Source of the DNA: Octopus bimaculoides
Lineage: Eukaryota
Assembly: GCF_001194135.2 (NCBI RefSeq)
Contig: NC_068996.1
Location: 44,256,256 to 44,317,918, forward strand
Direction: 5' to 3'
Length of the DNA: 61,663 nt
Shown: positions 1-12,007 of the stretch, in pieces
Layout of the letters: every line of letters begins with the position of its first letter
Position numbering within the stretch: position 1 is the stretch's first letter
Notes under the pieces: generated by a model
What the model saw: the letters and a program-made list of their open reading frames with translations, nothing else
What the model was told of the DNA's origin: nothing
Databases searched by the model: none
Made by a program: the position numbers and the translations under genes

Positions 1-77
1 AATTCAAACTGAAAAACTAAGACGTTATCTAATAGCTATAGCGTTTTAAGCAAGAGTTCGCGCGAAAATACTACGAT

Positions 78-232
78 AGGTTTCTTTCAGTTTCCGTCTA
101 CCAAATCCACTCACAAGGCTTTGGTCGGCCTGAGGCTATAGTAGAAGACACTTGCCCAAGGTGCCACTTAGTGGGACTGAACCCAGAACCATGTGGCTGG
201 TAAGCAAGCTACTTACCACACAGCCACTCCTG
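78..232 (-). mobile_element. Family A SINE, 5' half
   Basis: tRNA-like head ggagtggctgtgtggtaag..gggttcagtccc plus gcaccttgggcaagtgtctt. Confidence 0.8.
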
Positions 233-800
233 TGTAAAGATACTGAAGATTCAGTATACACCACATGGCAAAATTATGAGTTGAAAATATGTGTAAAAAA
301 AATCTAAAAAGTGGAAGAGAAATGCCTTCGTTTCATATAGTTTAATATCTTTTTATATAATATGTATATTACTGTTGCTAATTTTATGTACCTCTACAAC
401 CTGACCCCACCCACACCCCATTGTTCTTATACCTTGCACATCATCCCCTTATTCTCCTTCTTGAGCCAATCCTATCTCTCTCATCTTTCCCATTCTCCAT
501 ACTGATATTTCCAAAACTGCAATACCACCTTTGTGTAGCAGGTGTTCAGAAATGTGGGTAGAAGTGAATGTAAAGAGTAATGAACAAAGGTAAACACTAG
601 GTGATTATCTCCCTTGCATTTACCTTTATAGCAAGGCATTTTCCCCTCCATATTTGAAGAGGTCAGAGGCTAGAAGTGTTTGAGGTCTGAAGATAAGCTG
701 TAAGGCCAGATCCCTTATGAGCGAGAAACGTATGTATGTATGTATGTGTATATGTATGTATATGTATATAGGTATGTTTGCATGTATATATATGTATGTA

Positions 801-853
<53 letters not shown>

Positions 854-1506
854 GTATATACATCTATATGTGTTTATATGTATGTACATGTATATGTGTA
901 TTTATATATTTATGTACATGTATATGTGTATTTATATATGTATGTATATGTATATATTATTGTTAAAGAGGACAACAAACATAAGTCAATGCAAATATCT
1001 CAAGTCGTATACAATATTATTAATGGAAAAAATTCAAAGTCTTAACAGTTGTTTCTGGGATATCGCCGAGTATGGGATATTCTGTCAGCAGAGACAAATA
1101 GGGAAGAATAGGGAAAATGAGAATGGTATATATTAATGAGATGACGACATAGAGGAAGGGAGTAAAAGAATAAGGGGATGCAGAGAAAGGAGGGAAAAAG
1201 AAGCATAAATGTTCATAGTTCAACTTTCCAAAGTTGTAGAAACAAGAGCATAATCCCTTAGGTGCAATCCTGTGTAAATACGTAGGATTGCACCTAAGGA
1301 ATTATGCTCATGGATCACGAGGATGTGAGTTCAAGTCTCATAGCTGGCCGACGACAGATTTTTCTGCAAAATGTAGATAGTTTATCCTTTTAATGCTATA
1401 TTATTTGAATTATCCTGCATTTGAGAATAAAATTATTTCCTTATCTTTCAATACATCTCAACGCTTCTAAAGCAAACTTTGTTGACTTTCAACGTAAGTT
1501 GAATTT

Positions 1507-1544
<38 letters not shown>

Positions 1545-2012
1545 NNNNNNNNNNNNNNNNNNNNNNNNNNNNNNNNNNNNNNNNNNNNNNNNNNNNNNNN
1601 NNNNNNNNNNNNNNNNNNNNNNNNNNNNNNNNNNNNNNNNNNNNNNNNNNNNNNNNNNNNNNNNNNNNNNNNNNNNNNNNNNNNNNNNNNNNNNNNNNNN
1701 NNNNNNNNNNNNNNNNNNNNNNNNNNNNNNNNNNNNNNNNNNNNNNNNNNNNNNNNNNNNNNNNNNNNNNNNNNNNNNNNNNNNNNNNNNNNNNNNNNNN
1801 NNNNNNNATATATATATATATATATATATATATAGGTTCAAAAAAGGAAAAAGACAAAAAAGCAACAACAAAAAACAATGTGAGGACGTGATACAGATTG
1901 TGTTACTAGACACTCTGGAAAGGAAAGATATATATATATATATGTATATATATGTAATGTGTGTGAATATATATACATATGTGTGTGTGCCTATATATGC
2001 ATGTATGTATAT

Positions 2013-2047
<35 letters not shown>

Positions 2048-2829
2048 TGTATGGTAAAATGAAAAGCCGAATATGACAGTACAATTGTTATTGAATTGCT
2101 ATGCTGCATCACAAAGAACTGGATGATTGCCAAGAAATAAAATCAAAAACAAAATATAAAAAAAAAAAGTGTCCATCTGTAATGTTTTCTAAACCTTCAC
2201 CATTATCATTCTCATTAGAGAAGTTGGGTTACTTTTACAATGCTGTTATCAATCCGTTGTTCACCTGATTGAGGTGGGAGAAGATAATGAGGTAAGCGGG
2301 AAGGGAGAGAAGTTAACAAAGGTAGAAATCTCATTTTAATTGGGGAATGGATTTTTAAATTAGTTTTTTGTTTTTTTTTGCTGGTTTGTTTGTTTGTTGT
2401 TGTTGTTGTTGTGGGTATTCTTGCCGATATTGTTCATGTTGTTTGTAATTACCTTTTCGTGCCTCTACCGGATTGGTTACATCTCTCTAACAACCATACA
2501 TCACTGGCTGTTACCTTGGAAACCATTCTTTACCGTGTTTTAATTCCTGCTGTTGTCTTTTCCTTCTTTCACTTCAACCATCATCACTGTCACTACAACA
2601 GCAACAACAACAGCAACAACATTCATACACATGCATGTGCTTGCAGGTTCAACATATTCCACAGTTCTTCTCTCACCTGCAGTGATTGATCAATCTCTCT
2701 GTACCACTCCCTCGTCTTCTTCAACGTTTCATTACCTGCAAATAGTTTTTCTGGTTAATGAGAGGAGCTAGATGCTATGGGGTGGCGAGGAGAAGAAGCA
2801 ACGAATGTTATGGCCACTGGCACCATCAC

Positions 2830-3345
2830 ATACCACCGTCTCATCACCACCGTCTCATCACCATCGTCTCTTCCCCACCGTCTCTTCCCCACCGTCTCTT
2901 CCCCACCGTCTCTTCCCCACCGTCTCTTCCCCACCGTCTCTTCCCCACCNNNNNNNNNNNNNNNNNNNNNNNNNNNNNNNNNNNNNNNNNNNNNNNNNNN
3001 NNNNNNNNNNNNNNNNNNNNNNNNNNNNNNNNNNNNNNNNNNNNNNNNNNNNNNNNNNNNNNNNNNNNNNNNNNNNNNNNNNNNNNNNNNNNNNNNNNNN
3101 NNNNNNNNNNNNNNNNNNNNNNNNNNNNNNNNNNNNNNNNNNNNNNNNNNNNNNNNNNNNNNNNNNNNNNNNNNNNNNNNNNNNNNNNNNNNNNNNNNNN
3201 NNNNNNNNNNNNNNNNNNNNNNNNNNNNNNNNGTCTCTTCCCCACCGTCTCTTCCCCACCGTCTCTTCCCCACCGTCTCTTCCCCACCGTCTCTTCCCCA
3301 CCGTCTCTTCCCCACCGTCTCATCCCCACTGTCTCATCACCACCA
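2830..3345. repeat. 14-bp minisatellite (CCCACCGTCTCTTC)n with gap, next to a (CAT/CAC)n field extending to ~3745
   Basis: Direct reading. Confidence 0.95.
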
Positions 3346-3748
3346 TCACATCAATGTCACCACCACGACCACCGTCATCATCATTAGCAATGGCCATCTT
3401 AATCATCTATCCTCCAGATGATGTAATCATCATCAACCGTATCCTCACCATCATTATCATCACCATCATTATCATCACCACCACCATCACTAAAAACAGC
3501 TTCATCATCATCACCATCATGGTCATGATAATGATGACGTCATCATCAGCGTTGTTGTCGTCATCAACATCGTCATGATGATGATATTACCTTCATCATT
3601 GTCATTGTCATCATCAATCTTGTCATTGTCATCACCATCCTCATCATCATTGTGGACGTTATTGTCTAATTATCATCATCATCATCATATCTACCACCAC
3701 CACCACTGCTGCCACCACCATCATGATAACCATAATTGTCATCATCAT

Positions 3749-4160
3749 AGGTGCAGACGTACCTGTGTGGTAAGAAGCTTGCTTCCTAACCACATGGTTC
3801 TAGATTCAGTCCCACTGCGTGGCACCTTGGGTAAGTGTCTTCTGCAATACCCTTGGGTTGACCGAAGACTTGTAAGTGGATTTGGTAAATGGAAACTGAA
3901 AGAAGACTGTTTTGTGTAGTTGTTCGTACGTTTGTGTTTGTCTCCCACCACTTGTTGACAACCAGTGTTGGTGTGTTTACATCCCTGTAACTTAGTGTTT
4001 TGGCAAAAGAGACCAATAGAATAAGTACCAGGCTTAAAAAAGGAAAGAAATAAAAAAAATGTGCTGGTGTTGATTCCTTCAGCTAAAAATTTTTCAAGTT
4101 GGTACCCCAGCATGGTCGATATCTAATGACTGAACCAAGTAAACCATAAAAGATAAAAGA
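3749..4160 (+). mobile_element. Family A SINE, diverged full-length copy
   Basis: Head, body and gtaaa..aaaga tail align with other copies. Confidence 0.75.
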
Positions 4161-4979
4161 TCATCACCATTATCTTCGTCATCACCATCAGCATCAGTAT
4201 CNNNNNNNNNNNNNNNNNNNNNNNNNNNNNNNNNNNNNNNNNNNNNNNNNNNNNNNNNNNNNNNNNNNNNNNNNNNNNNNNNNNNNNNNNNNNNNNNNNN
4301 NNNNNNNNNNNNNNNNNNNNNNNNNNNNNNNNNNNNNNNNNNNNNNNNNNNNNNNNNNNNNNNNNNNNNNNNNNNNNNNNNNNNNNNNNNNNNNNNNNNN
4401 NNNNNNNNNNNNNNNNNNNNNNNNNNNNNNNNNNNNNNNNNNNNNNNNNNNNNNNNNNNNNNNNNNNNNNNNNNNNNNNNNNNNNNNNNNNNNNNNNNNN
4501 NNNNNNNNNNNNNNNNNNNNNNNNNNNNNNNNNNNNNNNNNNNNNNNNNNNNNNNNNNNNNNNNNNNNNNNNNNNNNNNNNNNNNNNNNNNNNNNNNNNN
4601 NNNNNNNNNNNNNNNNNNNNCTAGCAGAGTTTCTACAGCTGTATGCCCAGCTTTATTTGATAACTAGTTGATCTAGCAAGTGGGGCCACATATCATTGAG
4701 GCGGGTCTGGTGCGCATTGATGCCGTCAAGAGGTAGGCCGTTGACGAAACGGCACGCATTCTCTCCTGATGACCCATACACTTGCTGGCTTCTGGTATGC
4801 GGAGCTTTTGACTGGTAGCACTTACATGTGCAAGTTGTTTGCAAAACAACATGGGTAATGTAGAATTACACTTTGGTGGGGGGGGGGGAGCGCAAAAACA
4901 AACAGTGTCATGAAGCTGGAATGTTTCTGATTTTAAGTTTGTTTGATCAACGAACGGTGACCCGGGGAAATAAAGCAAC

Positions 4980-4992
4980 ATGATGCTTTCAG
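4980..4992 (+). CDS. Putative first coding exon (M-M-L-S-, phase 1) of an unidentified multi-exon gene; possible exon start at 4938
   Basis: gcaacATGATGCTTTCAG|gtatgt: A at -3, in-frame TAA just upstream, strong donor; G|AT joins the next exon to give MMLSDIVMT. Short, so weaker than the other exons. Confidence 0.5.
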
Positions 4993-5171
4993 GTATGTCA
5001 TATGTTACGTTCACCCATGTATGACATTTCAATTTTCTGTTGAAAACTTGTATTCAGTATAAGTTTTCTTGAAATCAATGAATGAGCCTCAATGTGGTTC
5101 TTGACCAGCTAGCGATAGCAACGAAATCGCCCTCAAAACACATTCTACTTACTTAGAAATGTATACAGACA

Positions 5172-5598
5172 TACTCTTTTACTCTTTTACTTGTTTCAGT
5201 AATTTGACTGTGGCCATACTGGAGCACTGCTTTTAGTCGAGCAAATCGATCCCAGGACTTATTCTTTGTAAGCCTAGTACTTATTCTATCGGTCTCTTTT
5301 TGCCGAACCGCTAAGTTATGGGGACGTAAACACACCAGCATCGGTTGTTAAGCGATGTTGTGTGTGTGTGTGTGGGGGGGGGGGAAACATAGACACACAA
5401 ACATATACACACACATATATATATATACATATATACAACAGGCTTCTTTCAGTTTCCGTCTACCAAATCCACTCACAAGGCTTTGGTCGGCCCGAGGCTA
5501 CAGTAGAAGACACTTGCCCAAGGTGCCACGCAGTGGGACTGAACCCGGAACCATGTGGCTGGTAAGCAAGCTACTTACCACACAACCACTACTATGCC
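5172..5598 (-). mobile_element. Family A SINE, full-length
   Basis: High identity to 9885-10290; internal TA/CA microsatellite. Confidence 0.85.
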
Positions 5599-6933
5599 TA
5601 GGGTAAAAATTAATAATTTGTTGATAATTAGTAATTTTACCAAGTAGTTCGGTGTGTTAAAAACCATTATCGGTAAATATATAAACACAATATAAAATTT
5701 CGGGTTCAGCAAATATAGCTTCACCACGCACTGAAAATTAGAAATAGCAGCCAAATAGTAGTTTTGGCTGCTATTTCTAATTTTCGGTGTGTGGTGAAGC
5801 AATACTTGCTGAACCCTAAATTTTATATACTTAGAAATGTATGTATATTTGAGCCAGTGATGGAATTGCTACATAGCAAACTAGACCTGCTAGAAATAAT
5901 AGCCAAATTGCTTCAAATCACACTGTTGACTTACAAAATATATGTACATATAAGCCAGTGATAGAATCTGCTGAAAACTTTAGCTGCCTACTTTCAAATT
6001 TGTATTCAATATAAATTTTCTTGAAATCAAAGCATGAGCCTCAATGTGGTCTTGACCAGCTAGAAATAGCAACTAAATCACCCTCAACTGATCTACTAAT
6101 ATATGTATACTAGAGCCAATAAGGTAATTGCTACATAGTAAGCTAGGTCTGCTAGAAATAGTAGCCAAATTGCCTTCAAATCACGCCTTACTGTCTTGAT
6201 ATTTCGTTTGAGTCACACCCTACAATGTGAAATAAAATAAAACATGACATAACATAAATAAAATAATGTAATCCTTGATATATATAAAGGTGGGATGGTC
6301 ACCACTGGAATGTCTTCAATCATAGGTGTAGGTGTTTGGTGCCAGACAACAACTTTTTTTTATGTCCTTGTTAAAGAGAAAATTCAAAAAAAATCTTTTC
6401 CTTCTGTCTGTTTCATTCCTGTATTTTATTCTTTCTTTTTCTTTTTTCTGTCTTCCTCTTTTTCCTTTTTCTTATATTTTTTTCTTCTTCTTTCCCTTTC
6501 TCTTTACAGTCTGACCTTCTTACTTTTGTCTTCTCTTATCTTTCCCCACCTCTTCTCCTGTCTTCCTTTTCTTTTTTACTTTGCTTTCATAATATCACAC
6601 ACTTGGATACTCGTAATTGGACACCGACTAAAGGAATAAAAGGCGGTGCTCCAGCATGGCCACAATCGAACTGACTGAAATGAGGAAAAGAATAAAATAA
6701 TACAAAGGTGCAGGCAAGTTTATGTGATTTAGGTAGGCGTTAGCCCTGGGCTAACAGTACCTAGTGAATGAATTTGGTAGACGGAAACAGAACCAATTAA
6801 GTATGTGTGTGTGTGTGTGTGCACATGTTGAACTGTTAATCCCTACAGTTCTATATTTAAGGGATGAGGAATTATGCACATTATTTACATTATTTACATT
6901 TGATGGATCTTTGTCCTCATCTTGTTTGTTGTT

Positions 6934-6979
6934 AACACAACGTTTCGGCTGATATACCCTCCAGCTTTCATCAGGTGTC
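6934..6979 (-). ncRNA. Minimal type I hammerhead ribozyme motif, inverted copy
   Basis: Minus strand GACAC-CTGATGA-A-AGCTG-gagggtatat-CAGCC-GAAA-CG-TT-GTGTT; palindromic ACGT helix III intact, one A.C mismatch in helix II. Confidence 0.7.
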
Positions 6980-7149
6980 TTGGGCATATGGCGTAGTGGT
7001 TAAGAGCGAAGGCTACTAACCCCAAGATTCTGAGTTCGATTCCAGGCAGTGACCTGAAAAATAATAATAATAATAATAATAATAATACTGATGATGATAA
7101 CATTGAAAAATACCTTAGGAATGAGAACCCAGGTTCGAAATTTCCCCAA

Positions 7150-7195
7150 GACACCTGATGAAGGCTGGAGGGTATATCAGCCGAAATGTTGTGTT
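7150..7195 (+). ncRNA. Minimal type I hammerhead ribozyme motif (helix III variant GAAAT-GTT, probably impaired)
   Basis: GACAC-CTGATGA-A-GGCTG-gagggtatat-CAGCC-GAAA-TG-TT-GTGTT; helix I GACAC/GTGTT, helix II GGCTG/CAGCC. Confidence 0.7.
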
Positions 7196-7521
7196 AACAT
7201 CAAACAAGATGAGGACAAATATCTGTCAAATGTAAATAATGTAAATAATGTGTTAATCCCTACACATATTTTTCTCTCTCCATTTTTTTAATCCTTTCTC
7301 TCTCGTTTTATTTTTTCCTCTACATACCAGATATAAAACATAAATACTGGGATGAGTATAACTGACTAAACCCTTGAAGATGGGTCCCACCAGTTTGGAG
7401 GCCCCACGAAAGGTTTATAAGCATTTCTGTTCCTACTTTGATCAATGCATTTAGAAATAAATGTGAATACATGTATTTTTGGTATGTGCTGATACACTAT
7501 GAGATAAAGAAATTAAAAAGG

Positions 7522-7554
<33 letters not shown>

Positions 7555-7746
7555 CACACACGCATACACACATACACACAACTATAGAATGGTAGAAACA
7601 GATAAGGTATGTAAATATATTTGTGTATTGCTTAGCTAGAAGTTGTTGGTAGCAAGGCAAAGAAATTTATTGCATATGACAGGACACATAGATGGACAAT
7701 ATTTATTCATTTATAAATATATTCATATATAGGTATTTATATATAC

Positions 7747-7808
<62 letters not shown>

Positions 7809-7810
<2 letters not shown>

Positions 7811-8170
7811 TTAACTGCTTCAGTCATTTCACTGTGGCCGTGCTGGGGCACTTCCTTGAATAAATTAGCTCCAGTACATATTCTTTTCACCTTTTAAGTC
7901 AGGTGCTTAATCTATTAGTCTTTTTCTGTCAAACTGCTAAGTTAAGGAGCTGTAAACAAATCAACACTGCATGTCAAACTGTGATGGAGGACAAACACAC
8001 ACACACACACACACACAGTGAGCTTCTTTCAGTTACTCTCTACAATATCCACTTACAAGGCTTTTGTTGAACTGGAACTATTGCACATTTGCTCAAGGTG
8101 CCACACAGTGGGACTGAACCTGAAACCATGTGGTTTGGAATCCAACTTCTTACCACTCAGTCACACCTGT
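7809..8170 (-). mobile_element. Family A SINE, degenerate
   Basis: Head, internal (CA)n and tail recognisable. Confidence 0.6.
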
Positions 8171-8297
8171 TGAAGCACTGTTGTCTCTTCAATGTCGAGA
8201 ACAACAAAAGCAAAAACAACTATTACCAATTTCTGTTAGATTTGTGTATAACAATGCACATTGTGTATGCACTGATTTTGGTTTCACATTTAGCCAT

Positions 8298-8685
8298 GTT
8301 GTTGTTGGCACTCCGTCGCTTACGACGTCGAGGGTTTCAGTTGATCCGATCAACGGAACAGCCTGCTCGTGAAATTAACGTGCAAGTGGCTGAGCACTCC
8401 ACAGACACGTGTACCCTTAACGTAGTTCTCGGGGATATTCAACGTGACACAGAGTGTGACAAGGCTGACCCTTTGAATTACAGGCACAACAGAAACAGGA
8501 AGTAAGAGTGAGAGAAAGTTGTGGTGAAAGAGTACAGCAGGGTTCGCCACCATCCCCTGCCGGAGCCTCGTGGGGCTTTAGGTGTTTTTGCTCAATAAAC
8601 ACTCACAACGCCCGGTCTGGGAATCGAAACCGCGATCCTATGAATGCGAGTCCGCTGCCCTAACCACTGGGCCAATGCGCCTCCA
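8298..8685 (-). mobile_element. Family C tRNA-derived SINE, full-length, (CAA)n tail
   Basis: 13-bp TSD CACATTTAGCCAT (8285-8297, 8686-8698); head ggaggcgcattggcccagtggttagggcagcggactcgc..ggtttcgattccc. Confidence 0.9.
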
Positions 8686-9644
8686 CACATTTAGCCATAC
8701 ATTGTATGCATCACGTACTAAAAGAAGCGGTCTTTTGGGAATGAAATATAAGGGAATTAATAAATATTTGAAAAGCAACTAATTAATTTAAATGAACCTG
8801 AAGAAAAATGTTACCTGTAGGGTGGGGAAATTATGGCATCAGTTGAAAGACTTTCGCAAAAGACCTTGTGGTACTTTGTTACTCCTTTTTATATTCTGAG
8901 TTCAAATCCCGCCTTCATCAATTTTGCCTTTCATCTTTCTGAAGTTGATAAATAAAACTAACTAACAACTGTCAAGTACTGGGGTCGATTTAATCAATTA
9001 CAATTCTTGATGGTCTTGCTCCAGTATGGCCACAGTCCAATAAATGAAACTGGCTACAGAATAAAAGAATTGCAACGAACAAAAAGAAACCCCCACAAAA
9101 AAACAAGAAACACCTGTTTCTTCTCTTGGGATTCATAATAGAAAATGCAACCCCCCACCACCACTCTTAAAGTGAAATATTTCTGAAGGTGATGGCGGGA
9201 TTTATACAACACTTTAGTGATAGCTTAAATAATGCTTCGTTTATGAAAGGCTATTATTTATTTAATATATTTTATTGATTGGGACAAGTTCTTGGCAATC
9301 TGAATTGGCCGTCCAATTTTAATTGTTCATTTGATGAAGATATGTCATATTACTTACTCTGTTAAAACCACCAGGAATGGCATGAATAAATAACGGCCAG
9401 TCCGTTCCCAGTTTTCTACCTCATTTTTTGTTATTATTTTATTTATAAATAAGCTACACAATTCATTAGCCTGTGTAAAAGACAATCATTTATATTCATC
9501 TTACTTGAAATTCTTTTCCCTTTTTTTTTTTTTTTTATTCCTATTAGATGTGTACCTTCTCTTGGGAGGTCTTTGTCTTTCATACATTCAATGCTCACTT
9601 CAACATTTGGCAACAGTGTTAAACAGTTACATTATGGATCTTTA

Positions 9645-10550
9645 TTTTAAACCCTTTTGTTATCATGTTTCTGTTGAAATACTTTATCTTTGTTTCATTT
9701 CATTTTGAAAACAAGGAAGAATTTAGTGAAATAACTTTGCAGGTCATTAAACTAGTGTTTAGAACTATAAATTAACCTGAAATTAAGGTTCTAATTTAAA
9801 TTATTTTAACCCTTTGTTACCATATTTCCGTTGAAATATATTCCTTTTATTTGAATTACTTCTTAAAATGAAATATTTAATATAGGCACAGGAGTGGGTG
9901 TGTGGTAAGTAGCTTGCTTACCAACCACATGGTTCCGGGTTCATTTCCACTGTGTGGCACCTTGGGCAAGTGTCTTCTACTATAGCCTTGAACTGACCAA
10001 AGCCTTGTGAGTGGATTTGGTAGACGGAAACTGAAAGAAGCCCGTCGTATACATGTACATATATGTATGTATGTGTGTGTATATGTTTGTGTGTCTGTGT
10101 TTGTTCCCCCAACATCGCTTGACAACCGATGGTGGTGTGTTTACGTCCCTGTAACTTAGCGGTTCGGCAAAAGAGACCGATAGAATAAGTACTAGGTTTC
10201 CAAAGAATAAGAACTAGAGTCGATTTGCTCGACTAAAAGGCAGTGCTCCAGCATGGCCACAGTCAAATGACTGAAACAAGTAAAAGAGTAATAAAATACC
10301 TTTGTCATTATTAAGCCAGTGTTTGGAACATAAATTATAGTTTTCATTTAGATCACTTTAATCCTTTTGTTACCATATTTCTGATGAAATATACTCCTTT
10401 TATTTGAACATACTCCTTTTGTTTGAATTACTTTTGAAAATAGTGAAATATTTAGTAAAATAACTTTGACTTTATTAAGCCAGTGTTTGGAACATAGATT
10501 AACAGGAAATTTTGGTGTAAGGGTTTCATTTAGATCACTTTAAAACATAA
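9645..10550. repeat. ~160-190-bp AT-rich tandem repeat (3 units) split by a SINE
   Basis: ttaa.cc.tttgttaccatatttc.g.tgaaata recurs at ~9647, 9806 and 10357. Confidence 0.65.
9885..10290 (+). mobile_element. Family A SINE, full-length, inserted in a ~160-bp tandem repeat
   Basis: tRNA head, CORE-like ccttgggcaagtg segment, microsatellite, tail ggccacagtcaaatgactgaaacaagtaaaagag. Confidence 0.85.
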
Positions 10551-10964
10551 AGTTTATATTGTTATGTCTCAAGCTACTGCTATCTAGCACCTTTGGATGA
10601 TCTCTACTCAACTGCTACACAACTGCTACTCAACACACCTACCACAGCCAGACTTCCTCTATTTATATGTCTTGGGAAATCCTACTTCTTCGCCTGGGGG
10701 CTTCAACACAACATATATCAAAGAAGGAGGGGAGTCTCAGATTGGTTTGTATCAAAAGGGGAAACAGTCAACTGACTAAACTGGAATCATTTCTGTTCAT
10801 TTATATTGATAAGAAAATTATTAATATCACAACACACCTTCTTTAAATGATGCTAATCTATGTGAGCAAAAATAAATATTCCTATTCTGTGTCACTTATA
10901 GTCAAATATAAAATTAATTTTTCCTTGCTAGCAGGAAGTGCAGTGAGGTGATATAGTTTAAAAC

Positions 10965-11460
10965 CATCTTCTCTGCCCACTGTTCCTGAGAGGGTCATGG
11001 GGGTAGAGTTGTCAGTCACCTCTATAGGTCCTTTGAAAAGCAACCATTGTTGGACTTTCTGGTTGAATTCCTAAGCATCAGCAACTTAGGCTTTGGCTGT
11101 TATCAAACCATCCCATTCTTGGTCTACCTCTAGGTCTCCTGGTTGGCTTGGCTTGAAGAATCTGTCTTGTGATTCCTTCTTGTGATATTTTAAAAAAGTT
11201 TTTCAAGTTCCTGAGCTGTGACCCCTCAATATGGAGAAGTAACGACTTGACCTGGAGAGACTCCTTGACCTCCAAAAAGTGCATCCTGTTGAGTAATGTC
11301 ATTCCAGAGATTCTTTGGAGGAATCCTGTTAGTGATGCATATAATTGCAGTTATATTCCTTTGATCATTACACAACATCTATGACGATAGTTGAGGAAAG
11401 GTTCGGATACTGAACTGAAGATCTCAAGTGTGTATGAAATTTCAATAAATAGTCTGGCCA
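10965..11460 (-). mobile_element. RTE-clade (Rex3/Expander-like) LINE 3' fragment
   Basis: GFLQRISGMTLLNRMH...SLLLHIEGSQLR...RQILQAKPTRRPRGRPRMGW; typical RTE C-terminus. Confidence 0.75.
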
Positions 11461-12007
11461 CATAACTTGGCATTTCAGGTTTAGAAATAAAATACCTTAT
11501 TTCTGTCCACTGAATAGGGATTTTAATGATTCAGAGGCTAAAAACTCATATCAAAAATTGAAAACAGTAAAGAAAATTAATCGTTTTGATATCAACCAGT
11601 ATAGTTATGTGATAAAAGGTTTTTTGCTTTTGCTTTTGTTTTTTTGTTTTTGTTTGTATCTACATTAAGACCTTCAACAACAACAACAACAACAACAACG
11701 AAGAAGTACATGAAGGACTGTCTATATTCAATATGTTCTTTCTTTTGTAAGGAAATGCAGTATGGTGTTTGAGGGGAATTCGGTGGCTACTTCTTGTAGT
11801 TCAACCAACCACAGAAAAGCTCCCTCACTGATAAGAAACCAGCATTGTTGTTGTTGTTGTTGTCATTGTTTTTTTTTTTTTTTAATTTTTTTTTTTTACC
11901 CCCATATTCAGCAGACATAATTAAAGATGCTCCAGCTGTAACATTCCTTATTTTATCAAAGACACTGCTACACTGTCCAGTCTATCTGCCTGTATTTAAC
12001 ATGGCAG

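Larger units (their letters stand above)
6848..7250 (+). mobile_element. tRNA-headed, hammerhead-bearing non-autonomous retroelement with inverted 5' copy of its 3' part (Penelope-like architecture)
   Basis: 14-bp direct repeat TGTTAATCCCTACA at 6834-6847 and 7251-7264; A box TGGCGTAGTGG and B box GAGTTCGATTCC at ~6989-7043; 6848-6984 is largely the reverse complement of ~7144-7252. Confidence 0.75.

Noticed and set aside
3420-3745. Poly-His/Ser/Ile ORFs
   Set aside because: Decayed (CAT)n microsatellite.
6985-7056. tRNA gene
   Set aside because: A and B boxes are present but there is no complete cloverleaf or acceptor stem; it is a SINE-type head, as are the other tRNA-like heads.
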